Assembly (NCBI GenBank): GCA_951406725.2
Contig: OX597838.1
Coordinates: 10,106,001-10,170,000, forward strand
Reading direction: 5' to 3'
DNA from: Octopus vulgaris
Taxonomy: Eukaryota
DNA: 64,000 nucleotides
The notes under the pieces were generated by a model, which saw only the letters and a program-made list of their open reading frames with translations, was not told the origin of the DNA and ran no database searches. Numbering within the stretch: the first letter of the stretch is position 1; each line of letters opens with the position of its first letter. Positions 1-12,197 of this stretch are shown piece after piece. The translations under genes were made by a program, and so were the position numbers.

Positions 1-990
1 TAAATTAATTGTATTAGTGAAGGGAGTGCATGTCAATAGAAATATGATAACTAGCGTAAAAAAAAAAATATCTTTACCAACATTAGCAAAACCAGTGGGT
101 TTTTTTTTCTATGCTATTCCTTGTGTAAACCCACTACAGTTTAGAAATCACTAACATTGACTGTATGGCTTTTTTAAACACCTTGTTGTCTCCCTTTATG
201 TGCTGAGTTTATTTCAGTGATGTGTTTCCTTGGGCCACAGACACTGATGTATGGCTTCAGTACTGTTTAACTGATCTAAGATGAATCTGTTCCGGGATAG
301 GATGCCAGCCTATATAGCAAGTAACATCCTCAGACAAACTTGTACCAATTCCTGACGGCTCTAAGGTCTATAGAATTCTTGTGTTATGTTCAGAAACACA
401 AATAAGTATTTGTATCTATTACGATTGATGGTTTGTTAGCCAGTTGTCTTACACCTAGTCACTTGACCAATGTGTTTACACAACCCTTAAATAACGATTT
501 CTTTAACCAAACATGAAATAGGGTTAGACTGACCACACAATAGAACTGTATTCAGCCATGTTCCTCTTTCACGTTCTTATCATTGTCGTTTAACATCCAC
601 TCTTCCATGCACAGGTCAGAATTCCCTTTTTTTCTTCTTCTTCTTTGAGACAGCTTTTCTATGACCAGATGCTCTTCCTGTTGCCAACCTCACCTGTTCC
701 CAAACCTGATAATATTTCCTCGTGGAAGACTGGAAACAAACCTCACCTGTTGTATGTTGGTGATACACTTTTACAATCATAAAATGATGTCACGGCATGG
801 TCACACACACATAATGAGCTTCTTTCAGATTCCATCAACTAGATGCATTCACAAAGACATGGGACCCTGACAGGTGCTACTAATCTGCATCAGAGTAGAC
901 CTGGGAAAAATAGTGGCTAAGAAACAGTCCCACATGCCACAAAACCTTGGAACTTCTGACACCAGTGCCCCGCTACCAGATGCAGTTTAA

Positions 991-1208
991 CCCTTTCGTT
1001 ACCATATTTTTGAGATGTTCTGTGTTTCTTTCAATTCATTTTAAATATAACAAAGAATTTAGTAAAATAACTTAGTTATCATTCAGCTAGTGTTAGGAAG
1101 ATACATTGTGACTAAGGTTTGGCAGAAGATTTTAATTCAGAACTTTTGCAAACAAGACATTTGTATTCAGAGCCAGAGGCAGTTTCAGCCAGGTTGGTAT
1201 CGAAAGGG
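991..1208. mobile_element. piggyBac-type MITE, family P1
   Basis: TTAA on both sides; TIRs CCCTTTCGTTACCA ... TGGTATCGAAAGGG; second copy in the opposite orientation at 24136-24357. Confidence 0.85.
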
Positions 1209-1667
1209 TTAAAACCATACCCATTAGACTTAATTGTTAATGCTAAGTGAGTTATGGTTGTAGAAGTGAAATGGCACAAATGGAATAATGGGTGCTTGGA
1301 ATTCAGATTCTCTCAGTGGTTCTGTTCTTCTTTTTGTCTCTAGTTTGTAGTTTATAATATCTGAGAAAAGACTTCTCTCTACCCTGTCAACATCAAGTAC
1401 TGTATCCACTTCATTCTGAATATCCCAGTCTGTTTGGTTGTAAGTAGATACCAGAGTGTGAAATTCCTTCAACTCTGCAGCTTGTGTGAGTGACATAAAT
1501 AATAGTTTTGTTAGTTTTAGGTTCTGGGTATAGGTTCTCTTGTAGCCCTGATACATGAATAGATTGTGCTCCACAATGGAATCATATTTCAGTATGGACA
1601 TCATGGAATATGATACCATTTGTGGGTGTGTGTGTGTGTACACACCTGTGCTTATCCCTCTATTATA

Positions 1668-2883
1668 TTAGGTTGTCAAGAAAGTTCTTGCGGCTTTTAA
1701 CCTTCAAATTCAGATGCGCATATCTCAGCTCAAACAAAACTTTATTAATCGAAATAAACACCATCAGAATCAACACTTGCCAACGCAAAACGAGTTTATT
1801 TATGCCAGTAGCATACAAATCTGGTGACGAAGTCGTTGAAGTTGTGTTTGGCATCGTCTTGGTTTTTTAAGCATTTCTCACTCAGGAAGTTGTTGAGATG
1901 CTTGAAAAAGTGGTAGTTGGTAGGCGAGAGGTCTGGTGAGTATGGCAGGTGAGGCAGAGTTTCGTAGCCCAATTTGTTCAACTTCTGCAAGGTCAGTTGT
2001 GTGGCATGCGACCGAGCATTGTCGTGAAGAATTGGTCCTTTTCTATTGACCAATGCTGGTTGTTGTTATCAGAGTTTCTTATGCATTTTGTCCATTTGCT
2101 GACAGTACTTCACTGTAATGGTTTCGCCTGGATCCCAAAAGTTGTGATGGATGAGACTGGCTGCAGACCACCAAACAGTCACCATGACCTTCTTTTGGTG
2201 CGACTCTGACTTTGGGAAGTGCTGTGGAGCTTCGTCAACGTCCAACCACTGAGCTGAGCATGGCTGGTTGTCGTAAAGAATCCACTTTCCATCGCAAGTC
2301 ACAGTCCGGTGAAGAAACAGGTTTTTTTTTGCTTTGGTTGGCGTTCAATTCGTGTGGCACCCATTTCTCAAGTATTTTTGTTTCCCAATCTCTTTCAAGT
2401 GGTTGGAAATTGTCGTATACATTACGTCTAATTCAGAAGTAAGTAGTGCATGGATTGGCTTCGACTGAGGCTCTTAGTTGATCATTGTCAGCATCCAATA
2501 GCCGACCACTATGCTTATCATCTTCAAGATTCTCGTCACTGCTACGAAATTTCTTGAACCACCATTGTGCTGTTCGTTCATTAGTGGTTCCTGGGCCAAA
2601 GGTATTGTTAATAACGTGTTTCAGGTGTTTCAGTAGCTTTTCGGCCTAGCTTGAACTGGAATAAGAAAATTATGCGAATTTGCTTTTTGTCCATGTTGTA
2701 TTCAACATTCTGGAAAAAATGGCCTAATTATTCAAAAAGAAAAAGAGTAACACAATTAGATAGAGCAAAAAATGGGTTTTAAAATGATATATACAGTCAA
2801 AGTAATTTAATGAAAATTAATTTGAAAATATATCATTTAAAACCAAACTTTAAAATTCCGCAAGAACTTTCTTGACAACCTCA
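1668..2883 (-). mobile_element. Near full-length decayed mariner transposon, Hsmar1-like (cecropia subfamily)
   Basis: TA flanks; 26-bp TIRs TTAGGTTGTCAAGAAAGTTCTTGCGG / CCGCAAGAACTTTCTTGACAACCTCA; frameshifted transposase pieces MDKKQIRIIFLFQFKLGRKATET, INNTFGPGTTNERTAQWWFKKF, TCDGKWILYDN, HDNARSH, YSPDLSPTNYHFFKHL. Confidence 0.93.
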
Positions 2884-3364
2884 TACTTTAGCCTTCAACA
2901 CCTGGCATAAAACTCTCTCTCTCTCTCTCTCTAATCAAATCCCACTCTGTCAAGAAGACTTTCTTTGTCCTGTCTTTATTTTGTGCTGCAATTCATTATA
3001 CCTCACCCGTGCTAGTGTCGTGAAAAATGCACCCAGTACACAGTGTAAAGCAGTTTGCTTTAAGATGGGTATCAAGCTATAGAAACCATGCCAAAGCTGA
3101 CATTGAGGCCCGGCTCAGCTCTGCAGCTCATTAAATCCCATCAAACAATCCAAAATATCGCAGACAGACATTAAATAATTATCATGATGATGTATAATAA
3201 AAAACCGAGTCTTAGACAACTTGTGTTGATCTGCAGTGTCAGCAGGTAATCGTTTAGTGAAGTTTGAAATTTTGGGAGTGACATTTTAAGTTAAACTCTT
3301 GGCCAGAGAGTTTTGAATAAACCACCTGACTTTTCATCTCACCCGCAACGTATTTTATAGTATA

Positions 3365-3618
3365 CAGCAAATCCCTCGTTATATCACGGTTCACCTATTG
3401 TGGTTTATTATTTAAGCTTATGTCGATTCCTCCATGGTATCGTTTTGCATTTATGATAAAATAAATACATACAAATTATAAAAATAATAATAAAAAAATA
3501 TGGAATACTGATAAAAAAAATTATAGAGTATGATACTGTTTCTACTTTGCAGATTTTGACCTATCGCGGCGGGGTGGGGTATTGAAACATAGTACCCGTG
3601 ATAGTTGAAGGATTACTG
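3365..3618. mobile_element. pogo/Tigger-like MITE
   Basis: TA-flanked, ends CAGCAAATCCCTCG ... GAAGGATTACTG; related copy at about 50074-50301. Confidence 0.7.
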
Positions 3619-4461
3619 TACTCCACAGTTGTTAATCTGCTGAAATGATAGATAATTGTAGCAGTAATTGCACAACCAACTCATCAGGCAGCATATTGTG
3701 TAGCCATGAGATTATCATTGTACTGTGTACATAGAGGTTTCCTGATCACTTGATAGCGACTGCATAAATAAAAAAGCCAACAGCGAGGGAGACACAATTG
3801 AGTTCTACTATTTTGGCATAATAAACAACTGCTTCTGAGTATCAATTTGTGATAAGCCCTTCGTATCTGTTGGCTCAGCAGTTCTGGAAGCTCTATCTTC
3901 TTTTAAGTAATTCCCAGTAACTGAAAAGTGTCTGAGAATTCCACAAGATAAAAGAGATCTTAGATAAAATTTGATAAATATTTATTAAAAGTTATCCATT
4001 TTCAACATAACATTTTACTTGTTTCAGTCCCTGGAGTATTGTCCTATTGGAGCACTAACTTAAGAGTTTAGTCGATCAAATCGGCCCTAGTACTATTTTT
4101 ATTATTATTATTATTTTTAAGTGCATTATTTATTTATTCTATTGGTTCTTAAGCCAATCTGCTAAGTTACAAGGGCATAAACAAACCTACACCGGTTAAG
4201 AAGCAGTGGTGAAGGACAGGCACGTGCACACTTCGTATGTATGTATCTGTCTGTGACGAGGTTTTATATTTTGCTTTTTTCTGTTACATTCTCTCTTCAA
4301 AATAATTTCATTTAATCTCAGTCTCTCATGAAAATTAATTTGCTGGGAATTATCCATTAAATAAAGATACGAATGGGTTCCAGAACGGCTGGCCACACAC
4401 ATCCGAAGTTATTTATCTCAAAGTCTTTGTTGACTTTTCTTACTACTATACGTGTCCAATA

Positions 4462-4831
4462 GGCGCAGGAGTGGCTGTGTGGTAAGTAGCTTGCTTAGTT
4501 CTGGGTTCAGCCCCACTGCGTGACATCTTGGGCAAGTGTCTTCTGCTATAGCCTCGGGCCGACCAAAGCCTTGTGAGTGGATTTGGTAGATGGAAACTGA
4601 AAGAAGCCCGTCGTATATATACGTGTGTGTCTGTGTTTGTCCCCCTAGCATTGCTAGACAACCGATGCTGGTGTTTATGGCCCCGTAACTTAGCGGTTCG
4701 GTAAAAAATGACCGATAGAATAAGTACTAGGCTTACAAAGAATAAGTCCTGGGGTCGATTTGTTCGACTAAAGGCGGTGCTCCAGCATGGCCCACAGTCA
4801 AATGACTGAAACAAGAAAAAGAGTAAAAGAG
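4462..4831 (+). mobile_element. tRNA-derived SINE, family A
   Basis: Head GGCGCAGGAGTGGCTGTGTGGTAAG (A box), GGTTCAG B-box-like motif, CTTGGGCAAGT core, internal TA/TG microsatellite, tail GCTCCAGCATGGCC...GACTGAAACAAG(TAAAAGAG)n; more than 15 copies in the window. Confidence 0.9.
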
Positions 4832-5169
4832 CCTTTTACATCTAGACACCCCTATTGGAAAGAAAATATAATTAAGTAAAGGAGAAAAAGAAATCCGTAG
4901 AAATACTGTCGGTTCCAGGGAGATAACTCTGTAACTTCCAACTTTTACTTTAATTAGTTTAGAAATGTGATGACGGATTCTGGTGCATTCTGTAGTTTAA
5001 CTTTGATAGCTTTGGATGTTATTTAAATGGCTAGTGTGGTTCTATTCCGCGGTGTAATTACTTCAGTTTCAACACACTGTCCGAGGTCAAATCACTTCCC
5101 GGACAAGTACAACTCCGAAATTATAGTAAATATATTTCTGGAGCATTCGAGATACTTCCAAGTCAAAAA

Positions 5170-5797
5170 GAAGCTACATGTTCACGACGCTTTCTCCAAA
5201 AGTGTACTTTCTCGTCAAATAACTAAAACTAGCTACACTTAAAGAATGTGGAGTTAACTTGTGTGGAACGACGATTAACTAATGCAGTTGTGGTTACACG
5301 TCGGAGCAGGGTGCAAACTAAATGTTGCCTTTCATATTATTTGTGAATGCACTCTGCTTGCGTGATTGCGCTAACAATGTTTATTCCCACAACAAAAACA
5401 AACGTGTTTTTAAGACAATCGGTCCTTGATGCGTCCCTCAACTGCCCTTACAATCAAAATCCATTACTCCCAAGTGGTTTGTCTGCAATAATAAATTTGT
5501 CATCGGCCAGTTTTAAAAAAAAAGACATTTATTAATCAAATATCTTGACAAGGGAAGCAACTCTTGGATGTGCTTGTATATTAAGCTTCTCTCTGATTTA
5601 TTTACTTACTCTTTTACTGCGGCCATGCTGGAGCACCGCCTTTAGTCGAGCAAATCGAACCCGGGACTTACTCTTTGTAAGCCCAGTACTTATTCTATCG
5701 GTCTCTTTTGCCGAACCGCTAAGTAACGGGGTCATAAACACACCAGCATCGGTTGTCAAGCAATGCTAGGGGGACAAACATATACACACACACACAC

Positions 5798-5860
<63 letters not shown>

Positions 5861-6460
5861 TATATACGATGGGCTTCTTTCAGTTTCCGTCTACCAAATC
5901 CATTCACAAGGCTTTGGTCGGCCCGAGGCTATAGCAGAAGACACTTGCCCAAGGTGCCATGCAGTGGGCCTGAACCTGGAACCACGTGGTTGGTAAACAA
6001 GCTACTTACCACACAGCCACTCCTGCGCCTACAAGTACTTACAATATGTTCATGGCCCTTTCTCCCAAGATGTACTTTTGTGAACTGCTAAAACTAGAAT
6101 GAAAGAATGTGAAGTTAACTTGTGAAACGAGGATTAATTAATGCAGTTTTGGTTACGTAGGAGCGGTGTGCATATTAATTGTTGCCTCCCATAGAACATT
6201 CGTATAATCATTTGTAAAGGAATGTGGTTTTGTGGTTAAGGTAACTGCACTAATAATGTTTATTCCCTCCCGCCCCAACTGAAGCGAACAGGTGTTTTTG
6301 GAGCAATTCTCAATTGCCCTTACAGCCGAAATCCATTACTCGAAGAATTGAAATAAAACCAATGACATCATCGGCCAATTATAAAACTCGTTTATAAGTG
6401 ACAAAGGGAAGCAACTCTTTGTTGTGTTTGTCTATTAGCTTTTTCTCTCCGTGATTTGTT
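5170..6460 (+). repeat. Diverged local tandem duplication of about 430 bp (about 5170-5605 vs 6030-6460) with a SINE at the junction
   Basis: Co-linear shared blocks, e.g. AAAGAATGTG(G/A)AGTTAACTTGTG, AATGCAGTT, AATGTTTATTCCC, AAATCCATTACTC, CATCGGCCA, AAGGGAAGCAACTCTT. Confidence 0.8.
5608..6029 (-). mobile_element. SINE family A
   Basis: Reverse complement of the family A consensus, with a central (TA)n. Confidence 0.9.
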
Positions 6461-6543
6461 ACTGCAAGCCTGTTTGTACTCAACTAACAGGCAACAACCA
6501 GAACATTTTATCTTTTATCTATTTCAGTCATTAGACAAGGTAT

Positions 6544-6808
6544 GGTGCTGCTGTAGTTTATAGCCCCAGGAAGACATCTCCTCCAGCTGGCTATTGACAT
6601 ACTGTCTGTGCAAAGGGAAATCATTGTTCCCATCTCCAGCCTGATGCGATACACACGGACCCAGGTTTCTGAGCAGTAACCCGTCATCAGCACGTGACAA
6701 TCAGTGGCTAGGGATGAGAAGTGATATTTCCTTTTGCAAATATTGATAGTGTGCACACTAGCCAGCTGGAGGAGATGTCTTCCTGGGGCTACAAGCTAGA
6801 GTAGCATC
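6544..6808. mobile_element. Small inverted-repeat element (50-bp arms) carrying a hammerhead motif; probable Penelope-like relic
   Basis: Arms 6544-6593 and 6759-6808; the inner 33 bp are perfectly complementary (TAGCCCCAGGAAGACATCTCCTCCAGCTGGCTA). Confidence 0.7.
6652..6696 (-). ncRNA. Minimal type I hammerhead ribozyme motif
   Basis: Minus strand CACGTG-CTGATGA-CGGGTTACTGCTCA-GAAAC-CTGG-GTC-CGTGTG; canonical core, GUC site, 6-bp stem I with two G-U pairs, C-A mismatch at the base of stem II. Confidence 0.65.
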
Positions 6809-6990
6809 ATCCCATATGGGTCAACCACATTTAGGTGGCAAATATACTTCACAATATATATGTATGTGTGTGTGTGTGTATATATATATGTGTATATATG
6901 TATGTATATATAAATAAAATGTTTCTATTTCTTGACTAATGTTTGCTCTGCACTAATCCCTTTTTTTTCTCTCTTTGTTTTTATGAACAG

Positions 6991-7738
6991 GAAGAAGATT
7001 GCTGATCATATTGATGAATTCCATCAAGCACCACTGAAGATTGTTGTAGATAAAAACTTCAAGAAATACCAAATGGTATTTCCTTCACTGGGTGCCAGCA
7101 GAGAAAAGTTCCGTAGTAAGGGCATGACAGACATGTACCGTCACCGAAGAGCAAGTGGCAGTACCAGAAACAAAGTTATCAACCTTGACGACTCCGATGA
7201 TTCTGACGACTCCGAGTCGACGTCTGACTGGCGGCCTTCCTCCGAGAGCGATGACGATGATTACATCACACGATACTGCTGTTGTTATTGTTCGATGCGA
7301 ACACATGACTATGAGCGCTTCCGTAAGCATATTGCTAAACATTCCAGAAGCTGTGAGGAGCTTCAGTGTCAGAGCTGCTCATACCGTACGCATGATACGT
7401 ACAAGTTTGAGCATCACCTCAAGAAGCATCCAAGGGAGCATTTTTGTGGCTACTGCAACTTCTCGTCGATGCAAGAGTCCTTTGTGCAGCTGCATGTTCG
7501 GCGATTGCATCCAAAAAAACCAATTCAGATTCATAGTCGTAGCAAAGCTGCTGCAGCCAGCAACAGGACTCTGCCATCTGCGGTGGTGCCAGCCAATTTC
7601 AATGTGCGTGTTGTTCTTAAAGACTTCCTGGCACTTGACACTCTGGAATTTGATTCCTTAATGAAAGCCAATTTCATTCACAGCATTGATCTTGAAGACA
7701 TTGTTCTTGAAGAAGATAAACTGTTGTCTGTATTGTGA
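6991..7738 (+). CDS. Terminal coding exon of a C2H2 zinc-finger protein (acidic/Ser-rich tract plus three C2H2-type fingers)
   Basis: Polypyrimidine tract and CAG acceptor ending at 6990; about 248 open codons to TGA at 7736-7738; fingers CCYC..HIAKH, CQSC..HLKKH, CGYC..HVRRLH; higher GC than the flanks. Upstream exons not identified. Confidence 0.88.
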
Positions 7739-7878
7739 TCTCTCCATCACTCCTCCTCCTCACCCTCCTCCTCCTCTCTGAAGAAGAGGGGTGGTTTTAA
7801 CAAACAAACAAACAAACACACCCTTTCCTAGCCCCTCCCCCCTGCTGTACATAGTACCATTGGTTGATAATGTAGCCA

Positions 7879-7884
7879 AATAAA
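7879..7884 (+). promoter_or_regulatory. Candidate polyadenylation signal (alternative AATAAA at 9319-9324)
   Basis: AATAAA about 140 bp after the stop codon. Confidence 0.35.
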
Positions 7885-8932
7885 AGTCTAGACAAATACT
7901 ATAACCAAGATGGAGAAAAATAAGAAAACAAAACAAAAAAACAAAACTTGGTTGGCTGATGAACTTACAAAAAAAATTTTTTTTTTTTTAAACCTGTGTT
8001 TTATTTTTCAAATTCTTCTGTGAAGAATTAGTGGCCGTTTGCTTCAATAAGATTAGGAAGAATCTGAGCAGGAACCAGCAACCTTGAAATGGTTCTTAAT
8101 GTGATTCCTTTCCATTGGAATGTAATTTGAAGTTTAAAGTTCTGAATCTCTCTCACCGTGGCATGTGGTCTTTAACTGGTGTCACAAAGCTTAAGTTAAA
8201 ACAGTTTCCTCCTGTGACATTTGTTAATTAAGGACCAGCTTCTTTACTTCAAACATCCTGGTTTTCATCCTACCCTCCCATCCACCCACCCACCAACTGT
8301 AAACACGTTTGCGCCTGTGCACAGAACGCACTTGCATCCACCCGTCAATTCTCCTCCCAGAATCCTGTTCTGGGCTTGAGACATTACAGGTGATCGATCA
8401 TCAATATGTGTGTCACCTGTAGTGTTGATTGGTGAAAATTGTCATCATACCTTAAGTTTGGAACAAGGGAGAAGTAATAACGACACCTTGCCCCACACCC
8501 CAATCCTGACCCATGCATGTACCAGCCCTGTTGAGACAGGCACCAAGACCCACCTTTAAACCTGATAAAAACCCATTTTGAAGATATCATTAAAAGAAAT
8601 GAAAACACCAAAAGGCATTCATTTAAAGCTGTTAAATGTCTGCGTGTGTGTATGTGTATATATATATGTATCACACACTTGTATATTAGTGCACATACAT
8701 GGGTACATATATATGTATGTATATACACATATGTGTGTATATGCACATATATTCATGTATATGTGTGTATATGCACATAAATTCATGTATATGCACATAT
8801 ATGCATGTATATATAAATGTGTGTGTGTGTGTGTATATATATAATGATACTGAATATGTATGTGTGATGTTATGTATATATCAGGCATGTAAGTATGTAG
8901 ATAGGTGTGATGTTATGTATATTTGGCACCAA

Positions 8933-8968
<36 letters not shown>

Positions 8969-9719
8969 AGATATTAATGGCTGCGAGGTTAAGGTGCTAG
9001 ATTTACAGACCAGATGGTCGTGTGTTCAAACCTTGCTAGTGCAGCCATTGTACTGTTGTGCTGCTCCTGGGCAAAGGCAAAGCAGAGCAAACAATGAATA
9101 GAGCTCCGCTTGTTCCCGTGTTTTTTTGCCTGACTTAATTTTAAACAGGTCCCTACTACCTGATTCACTGTTTGAGTGGTTAGTGGTAAGGAAGGGCAAA
9201 ACATCTGTAGGTGTGAAAAATAATTTGCTCCAACAAAAAAAAAAAATCCATCCCACCCATAAAAGCATAGAAAACGAAAAAAAAAAAAATCACAAAAAAA
9301 TGGATGTAAAACAGCAACAATAAAAATGTTATTAAAACCGTCGCGTCACAAAAAAAAAAAACAAGATTTTGGACTTGCTTGTACCTCATTCCAGGTCATA
9401 ACAGCACATCGTAATATTTCCAAGACCCCGTTCCCATGGTTTTTCTATCTTCCTTTTATATTACTTTGTTTTGTTAAAAAATTTTTTTTCTAGGTCACAG
9501 TTAAAAAGTAAGGAAGGTTGGAAAAGACAAAACTTTTTTTGTCCTGTTTTAATATGAAAGAATTTACTGTGTGTACCAGACCTTGGCCATCTTGATGAAA
9601 ATAACTGATTATTGTTGTTCTCTAGCCCCGAACAAGACCTCAACCGATACATGCTGTGATCAAAAGTGTTCCAAACTTGACTGTCCCAATTTGTCTTCTC
9701 TTTCAGATGTTTTATGTCT

Positions 9720-10760
9720 ACGTATACCTTATCCAAAATGTTCTCCGACACCACCATCACTCCCTTTTTTTTTCAAATATGGTAAAGTATGACATGAAGA
9801 TGCAGGGATTTGCTTGCTATTTCTAGCATTTCAAGACTAGGTGTACCTTAAACAGAAAATTGGAGTTTAGGAGGAAAGAACGTTTTGGATATTAACATGG
9901 TAAAGTGTGATATGAAGGCACAAGGATTCGCTTTCTATTTCCAGCAGTTCAGGACAAAGTGTACCTTATCCAAACTGTTCTTTCCTCCCTGCTCCTATAT
10001 TTGTTTGCTATTTTTAGCAGTTCAGGATGAAAGTCAAATTATTTATTAACAATGGAGGCAGTATTAATACAGAGAGGTGATATTTGTCCCCGTTTCAATG
10101 TGGATGTTCTGTTGGGACAAACCCTCATGTTGGCTTTTGGTGTCAAATGCACTCTTGCTTATCACTACCAGGGAGATAGATTCCCACCACTTCCACCGAC
10201 AAAACCAACAGGATCATGTGATTTCAACCTTCCTTGGTCTTGTCAGTGATAGATGCTCAACAACTAGAGAGAGAGATAGCAGCAATTCATCTCCGCTAAT
10301 GATATATGGAATAACAGTGCCGGAACAGATGCTGGTATCACCACTCCAATTTTTGGTTTTAATATGGTAAAGTGTGATATGAGGGCACAGGGACTTGTTT
10401 GCTAATTCTAGCAGTTCAAGACTAGGTGTACCTTATCCAAACTGTTACAGGGATTTGCTTGCTATTTTGTAGCAGTTCAGGACAAGGTGTACCTTACCCA
10501 AAGTGTCCTTTCTTTCCCATTCCAATTTTTGTTTTTAACATGGTATGGTGTGACATGGCAAACTGGCAGAATCGTTGGCATGCCAAGGTCAGCTTTGCCT
10601 CTCGCATCCTTTCAAGGCCAATAAAAGAAGTACCAGTTGAATACTGGAGTTGATATAAGCGACTTACACCCTCGCCTGAAATTGCTGGCCTTGTGCCAAA
10701 ATTTAAAAACCAACACAGTAAGGAGTGGACACTGATTTATTTGCTATTTTTAGCAGCTCA
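9720..10760 (+). repeat. Degenerate dispersed tandem repeat (about 6-7 partial units)
   Basis: Recurring TGGTAAAGTGTGATATGA..GCACA.GGA.TTG.TTGCTATTT.TAGCAGTTCAGGAC.AGGTGTACCTTATCCAAA. Confidence 0.75.
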
Positions 10761-11387
10761 GTAACACCCTCCACTCCATACATGCTCTTTTGTTCATGTG
10801 ACCTACGGAGATGGATGTTTTTGTGTGTGTGTGCACGCACGCATGCACCTGAATCAGCTTTTGTTAATGTTTTGTTATACTAAAAACTTTTTCTTTTATA
10901 TGAAAACAGGTTTTTGCAGTTTATGATTATGACTACGACTACCGTGAAAAACCTTATGAACTCCATTTATTGAGTGTTGTGAAAGTTCTTTACTGCACTG
11001 GTTTAAATCCTAAACTTGCTTGAAAGCACATTTAAGATGGTATTGTTTGGAGTGGGTGTCAAAAACTGAAAACTAAGAACTGCTCTGTGCAAGAAACAAA
11101 GTTTGGCCTCATTTTAGAAAGAAGTTCCTGTGTGCATTTAATGCCTTTTCTTCCTTCAGTTTTTGAGCTTAACCCCCATGTCTGTTCAAAGCAGTTTCAT
11201 ATGGTCTGCAATAATAGCTTCCAATTTATTCTGGTGGTTGAGAAAAATTGGTTACGTGTATCATATATGGTGCATGATACCAGGGAAATATGCCCCCTGT
11301 GTATCACATGGGGTAACAATACAGGACAGGTAAAGGATTGCTGTCAGTTACCCCAAGCAGTGAGTTAGAATTGAAGGATTATTATTG

Positions 11388-11740
11388 AGGCAGCAAAATG
11401 CAATGAACGGCTTAGAACCATTAACACGCTTGGAGAAAAGCAAGCATTTCATCCATCTCCACGTTCTGAGTTCAAATTCCACCAAAGTTGACTTTGTCTT
11501 TCATCCTTTCGGGATAAAATAAGTAGCAGTCAAGTACTGAAGTTGATACAATCAACTTTGCTTCCCCTCAAAAGCTACCGAGCCCTCTACCAAAATTTGA
11601 ACGCATTATTTAGGCAGCAACCTGGGAGAATCATTGCAGCATTGGATAAAATGCTTCGCAGTATTTTTCACCGTTTTATAATCTGGGTGAAGTCATCTTG
11701 GGAGCAGTAAAATACAGCAGCAGTCAAGTGCTGTGGTGTC
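11388..11740 (+). mobile_element. Two adjacent degenerate SINE family C copies
   Basis: GTTCTGAGTTCAAATTCC..GACTTTG.CTTTCATCCTTTCGGGATAAAATAAGTA. Confidence 0.65.
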
Positions 11741-12197
11741 AGAGCTACCAACCGTTCCTGTCACCCTCAATAAGAAACCATCATTTGATACTATTTGTTA
11801 GGCCAGACATTTATATTCTCATCAATATATGTGGAAATATTTGTGTGTAATCAACTCAACTGTATTCAATCAAACTCGGCAGGTGAAAGGACAACAGGTC
11901 AAGAAAAAAAAATGTCCTGCAATAGTTATTTTCATAATTTTTATATGAACTAAACTGCATTTTGTTAAAATCTCTAGTTAAAAAGCTAAGCAAAACTATT
12001 AATTTGGCTTAGTCTATTCAAGGTACAAAAAGAAAAGGGAGGGCAACCCTGAACTGCTTGGGTTAAGGGTGGAGAAACTGTTTTTCAATCAGCCACATTT
12101 GATTGGAAACCAGGTGTTTCAAGCTCAGCCTTTATATCATCAAATTTCATAGTTTTATTTATATATCATGTAAAGTCTTGTTTTTGTATAGCACATA

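Noticed and set aside
1230-1643. 137-aa minus-strand ORF
   Set aside because: Starts in a (TG)n repeat, no recognisable domain; possibly a decayed retroelement scrap
5753-6091. Recurring ORFs such as MLGGQTQT.. and ..SFRLPNPLTRLWSARGYSRRHLPK throughout the window
   Set aside because: Antisense translations of SINE family A, not a gene family
6932-6990. N-terminal part of the 268-aa ORF
   Set aside because: Starts at TTG and covers the polypyrimidine tract and acceptor, so it is intronic
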